Part shown: positions 13,050 through 24,538 of the stretch, piece after piece
Layout: every line of letters begins with the position of its first letter
Numbering within the stretch: position 1 is the first letter of the stretch
Assembly (NCBI GenBank): GCA_038087875.1
Contig: CM075987.1
Span: forward strand, 12,834,001 to 12,898,000
Reading direction: 5' to 3'
Origin: Malacoraja senta
Taxonomy: Eukaryota
DNA length: 64,000 nt
The notes under the pieces: model-generated
Databases searched by the model: none
What the model was told of the DNA's origin: nothing
Seen by the model: the letters and a program-made list of their open reading frames with translations, nothing else
Position numbers and translations under genes: made by a program

Positions 13050-14879
13050 GAAGCTTCGAAAAAAAATCACTTTTGAGTATATGTCACCACTTCCAGAAGG
13101 GCGGCAGAATCAGGAAGGATGTCATGAATTAATGGCTCGATTGTAATCATGCATTGTCTTTCTGCTGACTTGATAGCACACAACAAAAGTTGTCACTGTA
13201 CCTAGGTACACGTGACGATAAACTAAACTGAACTGAATTTATATATTGACTATATAGTTCCTGCACAAGGGAGCTATGAAACTCCTCACTTATCTACAAC
13301 CACACACTCTAAATTATACGTTCATGCTTTGGAGCAATTTTTATCCAATATTCCCAATCTTGATGAACAAAGCATTAAACAAACATGTGATTAACATGTT
13401 TCTAGATTTTATATGAACCGTTGTGTCTTGATCAAGAATCTGGAGAGTGTGGATTGGACCGTTTCCTCCAAATCCAAGCTTTAGGTCTTACAGACAAGGC
13501 CCGATTATTTGTTTTACACAAAACCATTGCTACTGGCCACAGTACCCGAGCCTGCATGAAAGCAGCATGGTACTATGGGAAGTTAAAACTGGCTGCACTT
13601 CCTATACTTAGAGTGACAGGTTTTCCCATTACAATTAAATTATTCTGCAGTATCCATCCTACAACGAGAAAACCCAGCTGAATACAGAATAATATGGAAC
13701 TGCAGATGCTAGAATATTGAGCAAAACATGAAGTGCTGGAGTAACTGAAGAATTTGAAGAAGAGTCTTGATCGAAACATTGCCCATTCATTCCCTTCACA
13801 GATGCTGATTGACAGGTCCACTGAATTACTTCAGCACTGTGCTTTGCAGAGAGGATAAGATGATACTCTAGAAAGGAAATCAGAGGTAAACAGAAGCTAT
13901 TAAATGGTATTTAACAGCCAATATAAAATGAAACACACATAAATGGTGGATGGGATAGCTAAAGAAAGGTTGGGGATAACTGGGGACCAAATGGGATATA
14001 TTGTACAAACTGTGGGCAAGATTAAGTTACTAACTGAGTATTTTCAATGTATATTCTTTCAAGAAAAGGCAAGATAGTAATACAGGAGATAATAGAGAAC
14101 TTCACAAAATAACAAGATAAGGAGTAGGTATGTACTCCTGAGAGCTCAGAGTCGAAAGATCAGATAGGATGCACTTACTTATGTGTGCAGATAGAATAGT
14201 TCTGATTAATATTGTGAAACTCCTTAGAAATAATGATACTGCTTAAAGGTTGCAAATGCTCCACTCAATTAAAAAAGGATGAGATGTGAACCCAGAAACT
14301 AAAGATTAATCTGTCTAACACTGTACAATCCAAGACAATATGAAAAAAATAATGGTCACTTGGAAGAAGTTAGACTAATAAATAAAACCTAACGTGGACG
14401 TATTAAAACAACATCTGACAATCGTGATTTGGCTCTTTCATGAGATAATGGAGTTTGTTGTGAGTAGCGTTGTTGACGTGCAAATAACTTTAAGATTCAA
14501 CATCATCAATCGTTATACATTAGCAAAATCAAACCCCTTAAGGCTAAAGGAATAGTGGCAATGGGGAGATGACACTGGCCAAGGTACAGATGGAATGGTA
14601 TTGCTGATTAGTTGCTTGGCAAATAGGAAGTTCGCCAGTATCAGGGATATGCTTGTTTTAAAGTGTTTATTAATGGTTTCGTCATGGGCGGATCAATCAA
14701 AGTACAAAACCAATGAACGCAACCACCGCGGAGAATGGTAACAGACTAGAGCAAGGTTGAGAATTTCTTATTGTATTTCTAATCGCAAACATATTTCTAA
14801 CAGCAAAGACACAAAACGGTTAATTCGAGCAAAGAGGAAATCGGACAAATGGAAGATTTAAAATACATGTAAGATACAT

Positions 14880-15200
14880 TTAAATCCGTTGCCTGGGGAC
14901 GGGCAGGGATGTTTCGCTGGAGTTGACAGGGGGACAGGCAGGGGTGTGGAAGCGCCGGTTGCCGGGGCTGCTCGGCTCCGGCGTGGGGAGCCTCCAACCC
15001 CGGGCGAAGCGGTGATACCACCGCTGTCCTACACACATACATCGCCGCGGCTCAACCGTCCCGCCTCCTCTCCCACCTTGCTTCCATGCGGTGAGCGCCC
15101 TTCACTGGCATGGATCACCCCCCTCGCCGAGTCGCTGCCCTTGTTATCCACAGTTGTCAACCACACAATCACTTCCGGGTGTAAACCTCGAACCTCAGAT
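14880..15200 (-). promoter_or_regulatory. CpG-rich promoter and probable first exon of an unidentified - strand gene
   Basis: Non-repeat CpG-rich patch; ETS/GABP motif CCGGAAGTG at about 15170-15178 on the - strand; candidate AAG|GTGGGA donor near 15077. Confidence 0.5.
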
Positions 15201-15734
15201 CCGGTTCAGAGTCTCAAACCTTCCTTCACTGGTGCCAGCCGCCATGTTGAGAAGGGCAAGGGCTCTGGAGATTCTGGAGCAGAGAAGGTGCTGCATTTTG
15301 TTAAACCATTCTAAAAGAGCTTCCTTTTATTCTGGGGCTGTGCCTTCTAGTCATGTATTCGCCCACAGCTGAAAACATCCTCTCCACACCCACTCAATCT
15401 AGGGCCTTGCATGATTCGGTAGGTTTCTTTCAAGGCGATCTCACCTCATCCTTAGTACTAAACCCCAGCGAGTACAGGCCCAGATTCTTCAAATGTACTT
15501 CATACGTTAACACAATAATTCTTGTAAATCTTCTCAGGATTCTCTCCAATGCCAGCACAACCTTCCTCAGATATGGGGCTCAAAACTGCAAACAATATTA
15601 CAAATGTGGCCTGACCAGCACCAAAGCTTCAGCATTACATCCTTGTTTTTATATTCAAATACTCTTACTTACTATCGACCTTTTGGGAATCCTGCACCAG
15701 CACTCCTAAGTCCCTTTGCACCTCAGATTTCTGA

Positions 15735-16497
15735 TAGAATAGAATGCCTTTTATTGTCATTCAAACAGCTTGGTTTGAACGAAATTGCATTTCTACAGTC
15801 TTAACATTACAAAAAACAAAACAAGACCCACACTTAACGCAATTTACACAAACATCCAACACAGTGGATCTCCAACACCTCCTCACTGTGATGGAAGGCA
15901 AAAGTCTTATCTCTTCTCTTTGTTCTTCTCCTGCGGTCCAACTGCAACGTCGAGGCGACTGGGGCTCCGATGTTAAAGCCCCCGGTGGGCGATGGTAAGT
16001 CCCGCGGCCATTTAAGCCGCGCCGGGCGATGTTAGGCCCTGCTCCAAGTCCTTTAAACCCCGCGATTCCAGCTGGAGAAGTTGCGGTTGCGGGAGCTCCG
16101 AAAAGCGGTCTCCCACCAGGGACCTGCGAGCTCCCGATGTTCCTGTCCACCGGGCCTGCAGCCGGAGCCTCCGAAGCTCCAAAGTCGGGTCGCAGCCGCG
16201 CACCACCACAGCTCTTCCCGTTCCGAAGTCGGCCAGCTCCGCGATGGCGAGTCCGCAGGCTCCACGACTGGAGCCCTCAGGCTAGTTCTGGCCGGAGGCC
16301 GACGCCATCGGAGACCCGACAGGGAAAAAGTCGGGTCCCCGTACAGGGAAAAGATTAAATGGTTTTCCCCACCCCCCGCATATACACAACTAAAAAATAA
16401 TAAAAAATAGAATCAAAAACATACATTTAACGAGACCATTTTTTTTTTTAAAGACAGATGAACTATAGTCGAGCCGCTGCCGTTAGGCGCTGCCACA
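15735..16497 (-). mobile_element. GC-rich non-autonomous interspersed element
   Basis: Colinear and highly similar to 56206-56970 (CCTCACTGTGATGGAAGGCAAA, GGAGCTCCGAAAAGCGGTCTCCCACC, GGAGACCCGACAGGGAAAAAGTCGGGTC). Confidence 0.75.
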
Positions 16498-19072
16498 CTC
16501 CCGAGTTCACACCATAGGGTGGATGATTATAGTCTTAAACCCAACATAGAATAAACCTAAAATAAGAGGGCATAGATTTAAGGCGAAGGCGAAAGATTTA
16601 AAAGGGTGAAGGAGAACTTTTTTGCACAAACAGTGGTGGGGAATTGCGAAAGAGCTAGTAGAGGAAGTGGTAGAGACAGATATAATTATGATGTATAAAA
16701 CACATTTGGACACGTTAATAAGAGGAAATGGTTTAGAGGAATATGTACCAAACACAGACTTATGGGACTATCAGGTAAACAACTTAGTTGGCATGGATGA
16801 GTTGGGCCAAAGGGTTTGTTTCCATGCTGTGTAACTCTATGACTCAATCACCCCCAACACACTGAACACCACCCAATCCCTCCACTCCCACCTATGCACC
16901 AAAATCTACTCCACAAACTACACATATCCCAGCCTGCAAACTATACACACCCTACAGGCTAAACATGTCCCAGGTCGCCAACTATATGTCCCAACCCAAT
17001 CAACCACACGCTCCCACCCTACAAACTACATGAACATGTTCTACAAGCCATACAGAGCTCACACAACAAAACACATACATCTTGCAAACTGCACAACTCT
17101 CCCTAGAAATTGCACACAGCGCACATTACGCACCATACAAACAACACCAACCCTAGCCACGTTCAATACACCCTCTCCTACAATCGCATACCTCATTCGA
17201 CAAGCTGCATGCATCCCACTCACAACCGATCATGCGCATGCACTACAAACAAAATAATCATCCATTCGTCACATACAATGTGCACCCAACAGGGACACAA
17301 AACTACATTCCACACAATTCATCCTACAATCAACTCACACACCACCTGGCAGTCCTATCCTGTGATGTACTCCACAAACTAAGAAACTAAACACACTGTC
17401 CCATTTACCTTCATATGACACTCCACAAACTGCACAACACCGCCGATCAACCCAATGTTGCAAACAAGATCCTACAAACTACAGTCACACTCCGCTAACT
17501 ACACACAGACCATTCAGTAATCTATACACATCTTTCTTTACAATCTCTACATAAATATTATACAAACCTTTTAACTCATTGTACAAACCATACACATCCC
17601 ACCCCATAAACTAAGCACATCCAACCCACAAACTACACTCTCAAGTTCACAAATCATACAGTAGCCAACCTTCCAAACGACTAAACCCAATGGTGCAACC
17701 AGCAATGGCTGCCTCGCCAACAGTCTGTCCCTTCCTTCTTTGTTGTTTTTTAAGTATGTGTTAAATGTATATTTTAATGTTCTTTAACTTGTTTTGTGGG
17801 GGTGTGGGGGTGAGGTAAACTTTATTTAATCTCTTACCTCGACGGAGATGCGATTTTTTCCTGTGTCGTATGTCTGCACTGCGGCCTAACATCGAGGAGT
17901 TGGCGACCTTTGCTGGAGACCAACTTCGGGAGCTCCAAACGCAGGAGCCTGCACGACTTACCATTGTGGAGCTCACGGTCCCTGTTGGGGATCGACTTTG
18001 GATCTGGAACCGCAGGAGCCTGCGGACTTTAATATCGTGGAGCTCGCAGTCTCTGGTTAGAGACCGATTTCGAGAGCTCAAAGCCGCAGGAGCTTTGACC
18101 GCTCCGATGCGGGAGCTTTGATCGCCCTGACGTGGGAGTTTCGATCGCCCCGATGCGGGAGCTCCGATCGGCGGCTGCGGAAGCTTCGATCGCCCCGGCT
18201 GCAGATGGTTCGACTCCCCCGACCGCGGCAGAATAAAGGTTCAAAGGTTCATTTATTGTCACATACACCAATTGGTGTAGTGAAATTCAAGTTGCCATTG
18301 CAGCGCACTAATAAGAATACAACACAACATTAAAGAAGAATTTAACATAAAACATAAAAACATCCCCCCACTGTGAGGGAAGGCACAAAGTCCAGTCCCC
18401 ATCCCCTTGTCCACCCATAGTCGGGCCTATTGAGGCCTCCGCAGTCGCTGCTAAGGGGTCCGAAGTTTCAGGCCCTTCTCGCCGGGTGATGGTGCTCCGG
18501 CATCAGGAGAACCTTCTCAGCGGCTTGGGATGCCTGGAACGGCCGCTTCCTTACCGGAGACGGAGATCCACCACTGGCGATCTCAGCAAAAACTCAGGCT
18601 CCCGATGTTAAAGTCAGCGCCGCCGCCCCGCGGCTGGCCGCTCCACAGACCCGCAGCTCCGCGATGTTCAATCGGCGGATTCAGCATTCCGGAGCTCCAG
18701 CGCGGCGACCCGGGCAAGGCATCGCCCGCTCCGCGATAGCGCTCCAGCGCTGCGCCGCCGCCGAAGCCGAGGTTCTGGTCGGTCCCGTCAGGAAACGTCG
18801 CTCCAGACCCCGATGGTAGGCTGCGAGGACTGGGTCGAGATGCTGCTCGGAGGAAAGCCTGCCTCTCCGACCAGGTAGGGACTGAGAAATACAGTTTCCC
18901 CCTTCCCCACCCCCCCACACATAAAAAGAATAGACCTCCAAACAACACTTTTAAACGAACTAAAAATAAAAAAAAGAAGTGAAAGGACGGACAGCTGCAG
19001 GCAGAGCAGCCATACCCAACTGGATGGCGCCCCCTTAATATTAGAGGAAGAATATTAGACTTTATTGCCTTC

Positions 19073-19209
19073 TTCTTCTTGCGTATGGCGTGCACAGCCT
19101 AAAGTTGTAGGACAACTTGTTCTATTTGATCTTACTTGATCGTGCACGCCAGGTTGATTGCATTCGTCGAAACAGGGTGGACCACGTGAAGGTTGCAATC
19201 TCCCACCCC
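19073..19209 (-). mobile_element. ~135-bp non-autonomous retroposon with a 5' HDV-like ribozyme (intact copy)
   Basis: 5' GGGGTGGGAGATTGCAACC..., 3' GCCATACGC(AAG)n tail; 10-bp TSD TATTGCCTTC (19063-19072 / 19210-19219). Confidence 0.9.
19156..19209 (-). ncRNA. Minimal HDV-like self-cleaving ribozyme
   Basis: P1 GGGGUGG/CCACCCU with G1-U wobble; P2 GAUUGCA/UGCAAUC; P3 ACC/GGU; L3 UUCACGU; G for P1.1; stub P4 UUUCGA; J4/2 CGAA with the catalytic C at 19166. Confidence 0.8.
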
Positions 19210-19750
19210 TATTGCCTTCCATCACAGTGATGAATGTGGGAATCCGCTGTGGTGGATGTTTATGTCAACCGTTATGTAGTTGTGTGTTTTGTTGCTTTTT
19301 TTTAGTATGGCTGTATGGTAATTCGATTTTCACTGTACCTTAATTGGTACATGTGGCAATAAACTGACCTTTGAACCTTTACTCCAACAACTACAAAACC
19401 TATTTTTCAAATACAGGTACTACTCCCTGAAAATTACACACACATCTGAAAAATTCTATAAACCTTACAAACCATAAAAATTCCAGCCCACAAAAAACCA
19501 CATTAAATCCTACAGATTAGACTTCATCCCTGCAAATATCATATCTCAGCACCACAAGCTACCCGACTTCCCCCTTGTAAACCATACACACCACATCCCC
19601 AGCCAATTACCCTCACCCCCCAGAAAGTATACAAACTGTCAAATCTCTCACTACAACGATAAATATCACACTCCTTAAAATGCACATGTTCTTTCCTTCA
19701 AAGTACACACACCCATCCTACAATGTTCAAACACACCTCCAGAGATGCTG

Positions 19751-19969
19751 TGTTAAAGAAGGAACTGCAGATGCTGGAAAATCGAAGGTACACAAAAATG
19801 CTGGAGAAACTCAGCGGGTGCAGCAGCATCTATGGAGCGAAGGAAATAGGCAACGTTTCGGGCCGATTGAGTCTGAAGAAGGGTTTCGGCCCGAAACGTT
19901 GCCTATTTCCTTCGCTCCATAGATGCTGCTGCACCTGCTGAGTTTCTCCAGCATTTTTGTGTACCTCCT
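19751..19969. mobile_element. Palindromic Penelope-derived element (81-bp inverted arms, hammerhead core at the centre)
   Basis: Arms 19786-19866 and 19886-19966 with one mismatch; CTGAAGAAGGGTTTCGGCCCGAAACGTT at 19873-19900; flanking GAGATGCTG duplication. Confidence 0.8.
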
Positions 19970-20997
19970 GAGATGCTGCCTGCCCTGCTGAGTTACTCCA
20001 GCATTTTGTGTCTACCCTAAAACTATACGCGTCACTGCCTTCAAACTAGGAACATGTTACCCTACAATTTACACAAATCTACCATACATATACGGCAAAT
20101 AAATGTCTTCCAATTTGCACATACTCCTGCTTAGAATATTCAGAGAATTTATCAAACAATCCACATCAAACGTGGCATTACATGACTCGTAATGTATAAA
20201 CTATACATGCCCAACCTTCAATTTACCTCCACCCATTCTACTAGCTACTGATTGCTTTGTTATAAATTAAACACCCTCCTTACATACAAGCTACTTGCAC
20301 TCAGCCAACAAACGTAACACTCTCACAGAACAGACCACACGTGCACATCCTTCAGACCACACACATTCCACTCCATTAATTCCACATGCTATCTTCCAAA
20401 TGAATAATGTCTCTTCCTGCAAACCCACCTTTCAAATAGCTCACACCCAACGTCACAAACCTGAACAAATGCATACATCCTGCAATCTGCACAGGAGACA
20501 CAGACTGCAGATGCTGTAATCTGGAACAAAAAACTGCTGGAGGAACTCAGTGGAGTAATTCAGGACAGAGGCAGGCTGTCAACCCAAAACATTGACTAAC
20601 CTTTTGCCTCCACAGATGCCGTCTCACCTGCTGAATTTCTCTAGCAGATTGTTTTTTATTACGATCTACACATGCAGTCTTGCAAATTACATATACAGTA
20701 CATTTCCTTACAAAATAACATACCCTCGTCTACAAAGAATGCAAAATCTATCTTTTAATCCATTTACTCTTAATGCAACAAACCATCCACGGCATCCCAT
20801 AAATGATACAGAAAGCATCCTGGAGCTTACACCCACCAACTCTACACGCTGCCTTCAAACTACCACATCCTCCCAACTAACTACACGATACAAAAAAACT
20901 ACATTCAAGGAAAGACCCTGGGAGTTCCTTGTGTGGAACTAATTGTACACATTTAGCGATCACATTCAGGAGAAAGGCAACAAATTCATTTGATTGT

Positions 20998-21009
20998 TTT
21001 ATTTTTATT
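20998..21009 (-). terminator. AMBP-like polyadenylation signals
   Basis: Two adjacent AATAAA hexamers on the - strand about 170 nt after the stop. Confidence 0.6.
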
Positions 21010-21176
21010 GATGAGTTTGTGAAAGAACATGGTCACTCTGTTGAACGCGAGCACAAGCAACCTTGCTGTCTCTACCAGTTGACTTTAGCATCAGATGCAT
21101 GTTCTTGGTGTGAGCCACGGCTTCAAATTATCGTTTCTAATGATTACTTCTGGTGTTGTTCTTGAACTTAGGATTT

Positions 21177-21205
21177 CTATTGAACAGTCAGAAGCTCGTC
21201 CTCCC
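21177..21205 (-). CDS. AMBP: AMBP-like terminal exon (GEDELLTVQ*)
   Basis: Resembles human GDEELLRFSN*; poly-pyrimidine cag acceptor; AATAAA at about 21004-21009. Confidence 0.85.
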
Positions 21206-21489
21206 CTGGAAAAGAGAAAGAAATGTTTACCTTTGGGCTCATCACAGTTTGGAGACATCGGTGTGGCTCCTTGGAGGATCTGCTAGGTGTTGGTGCATCC
21301 CTCTGAGTTCCTCTCAGTATCTCTAATGATACCGCCTGACCTCCGCCACATACCCCATGAAGGATATCCACTTCTATTTCTTCCCTCAAACTTGTGGGCC
21401 CACTCCAAACTTCAACCTCTTTCAACTTAAGGAGGGAAAAAGGGGGCCGTGAATTATCCCTGGCAGATGAAGAACAAAAGAGTATTTAG

Positions 21490-22350
21490 AACTAAAAGAA
21501 TGTTAAGAACAAAAGAGTAACTTGGGGAAAGTATGTCCCATTAAGAATTAGTGCAGTAATCTGTGTGGAGCCACAAGAGATGGGCAAGCTCTTAAATAAA
21601 TACTTCTCATCTGTATCTCCCATGGTGAAGGACATGTACGTTAGTGAGTTCAAGGGATACCCTATAACATATTCAATTAGGAAAGAGGAGGTGTTGGCGG
21701 TTTCATAATGGAAGCACATAAAGATAGCTAAATCTCCAGGGCATGACCAAAGATATCTTAGGACGTTGTGTGAAACAAACAAGGGAGAAGATCTTTGCAT
21801 CTTCGTCAGCCAGGGGTGAGGTACTGGAAGACTGGAGGTCAGCTAATGTTGTGCCATTAGTTAAGAAAGGCTGCAAGGACAAAGCAGGGAACTATAGGTC
21901 GGTGAGCCAAACATCTGTGGTGTGAATGTTACTGGAGGAGATTCTGAGAAGACAAGATTTATTTGGATTTGGAAAGGCAAGGATTGATTAGGGATAGTTA
22001 AGCACAACTTTCTGCATGGGAAATCAAGTCTCATGAAAATGATGTCATTTTTTTTAAGGAGATGATCAAAAGGAACAACGAAGGCAAAGTGATGGGCATT
22101 GATAGAGAGTTTGGGTTTAAGGTAGAGGAAAAAAGTTTAAAGGTATTTGAAGGGCACGTTTTTCACACTGGGTAGTGGATGTACACAGATGTTAGTGCTG
22201 TGTATAATTACAGTTTAAAAGACATTTGGACATGCGTGGCTAGAAAACCTTTCAAGGGATATTGGACAATTGCAAGCAAATGTATTTAGATTAGATAGGC
22301 ATCTTGGTTGGCCTGGACAAGTTGGACTGAAGGGCCAGTATCCGTGCTGT
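21490..22350 (+). mobile_element. Degenerate CR1 LINE fragments
   Basis: GEVLEDWRSANVVPLVKKGCKDKAGNYRSVS motif plus a CR1 3' tail. Confidence 0.75.
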
Positions 22351-22512
22351 ATAACTGAGTAAACTGCTGAAAATAAAACAGAGGCAGGCCTGTGGCGTGT
22401 GATCCTGTTTGAGCGCGTCCAAACCCATGGAGCTGAAGCAATGAAATGAATCAGCTAAGAGTTATTATCAGCCAGAGTTTGTGGGAACAAGAGACTCAGG
22501 AACAATCTGTAC

Positions 22513-22686
22513 CTTCTGGAATTGGGTCACAATACTCCATACACTCCTTCTCCATGTAGAACCTGTTTCCATTTCCTTCACACCCACCGTATTTGAAGGT
22601 GATGCATTTGCCATTAACAGAATCAAATGCCCAGAGGTTGATGCTCATTCTGCAAGAGCCAATTTCTACGGGCAATCTGCAGGCAG
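22513..22686 (-). CDS. AMBP: AMBP-like Kunitz domain 2
   Basis: [58 protein letters not shown]; cag/gtacag; 174 nt; P1 Arg; LWAFD motif of bikunin domain 2. Confidence 0.95.
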
Positions 22687-23525
22687 CTGTGACAGAAAGA
22701 GAGAAGAGGGATAAGAAGCAGCATTAATGGCAGAGGTTAAACTGGTTCAAACTCTGGGAGTAGACCCTGTAACAACGATGCCATTCTGATAGATTGTAAC
22801 ACCAGTATTAATTGACCCTAAACAGTTCCGTTATTCAAGATGATAATGCAGCCAAATGCACTCTCCATTACTGAGACCACATGCCAGTTTTTGTTGGTGG
22901 TGGGGAAACTGTTCCTTGGAGTACAGGAGGTTGAGGGATGACCTTTTAGAGGTGTATAAGATCATGAGTGTATAGATACAGTAAATGCACAGTCTTTAAT
23001 GCAGAGTAGGGGAATGAAGAAGCAGAGGACATAGGTTTTAAGTAAAGGGGGAAAGATTAATTAGAAACACAAAGGCAACTTGTGGGTATATGGAATGAGC
23101 AGCTAGAAGAGGTAGTTGAAGGAGGTACCATCACAACATTTAAAAGACATTTGGACAGAGAGGTACATGGTTTGGATATGTTTAAAAAGAATATGGGCCA
23201 AACACAGACAGATGAGACTTGTGTAAGTGGGGCATGTTGGTTGGCATGGGCAAGTTCGGCACACTGTATGATTCTATACTGGAGTAACTCAGCAGGTCGG
23301 GCGCCATCTTTGGAGAACATGGATCGGTCTGAAGAAGGGTCCCAACTCAAAACATTCCCTCTTCATGTTCTGCAGAGATGCTGCCTGACCCGATGAGTTA
23401 CTCCAGCAATTTGTATCTTCTTTGAGAGTCAATTATTGACTAACTCTGCTTTTATAGACATAGGAATGTGCATTCACAAATACCATGAGATGTTTACTAA
23501 GGGTAGCTGGTGCTCAGTAACTTAC

Positions 23526-23693
23526 CTACAGTCCGGCAGGTCTGCAAACATTGTTGTTCAGTGGCAAACCTATTCATGTTGCCGAGGCAGCCACCATAAG
23601 TAAATGTTTCACAGGTCATCGAGGATTGGTTGTAGAAGAACATGCGTAAGGTCTGGAAGCACGCTCCAGAATCAGGCGCAAGTTGGCAGGATT
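23526..23693 (-). CDS. AMBP: AMBP-like Kunitz domain 1
   Basis: ESCQLAPDSGACFQTLRMFFYNQSSMTCETFTYGGCLGNMNRFATEQQCLQTCRTV; six Cys; N-glycosylation sequon NQS; bikunin-type CLQTCRTV end; 168 nt. Confidence 0.95.
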
Positions 23694-24538
23694 CTTGGTA
23701 CAAAAGGGAAATCAATGTTAATATGAACAAATATACAAAACATACAAACCAAATCTCAGAGAATCAGGAAGCAGGTCACCTTAGCCCAAAATACTGAACA
23801 CCTAGGGACAGATCTCCCCTCACTTTGATCCCTGGATGGGTGTAGGAATAAAGATCTTCAGATACAAAATGAGATAGCAGAAGCTGGGTATGTTCTCCTA
23901 CCTTGAAGCTGAGTAGTTTAAGAAATGTATGATTGAGATTCCCTATAGTCAGAAATGGGTGAATTTTATCGTTGCTCTGATGTAACAAAGCTACATCAGA
24001 GCAATTACAAAAAACTTTTGTTCTCTCTTCACAGTGGGAGACAAAAGTAACTTCCTAGAAATGTTCAGCTTCCAAAAGTCTAATGAAAAGGACAAATACG
24101 CAAGTATGCAAAATTACTAAAACTGTTTGAAAATCTTTTAGGCCAGCGGGAAGAGGTGACCAGAGGTATTTTTACCCAGAGGGCATTTGAAATCTGGCTC
24201 GCACAGCCAGGATTCAGCAGTCTAAATACTGTACAGCTCCAGTGTTGTGAGTGTCCCAGCCTCCACTACCCCAGTGTATATGGTGCTATACATAGTGTGT
24301 ACACGGCGATGCCACTAGTTCTGTTCCCAGTTCTGCAGCAAATACTGTTCAGATCTGGCACTCAGCCCATTTGCTGAGACATAGCAATACCCTGCACTGT
24401 GAATTGTGTGTGCCCAGTGCTACAGCTGCCTGATGCTGCCTTGCATTTAATGTTCTAACTGTTGATTGACCCCATTCCTCCTCCGAGTCCTGCTGATTGC
24501 AGCAATTAGTGCGGTGGTTCACCCTTTGCTGCACCCAC

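Larger units (their letters stand above)
17692..19380. mobile_element. Nested GC-rich elements
   Basis: A + strand element (17692-18235, resuming 19035-19380 with an AATAAACTGACCTTTGAACCTT tail) is interrupted by a - strand relative (18236-19032) and by the ribozyme retroposon. Confidence 0.6.
16850..20900. repeat. Old C/A-rich degenerate tandem repeat, interrupted by insertions
   Basis: Recurring CCTACAAACTACACAC-like units at 16850-17690 and 19380-20900; strong G depletion on the + strand. Confidence 0.6.
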
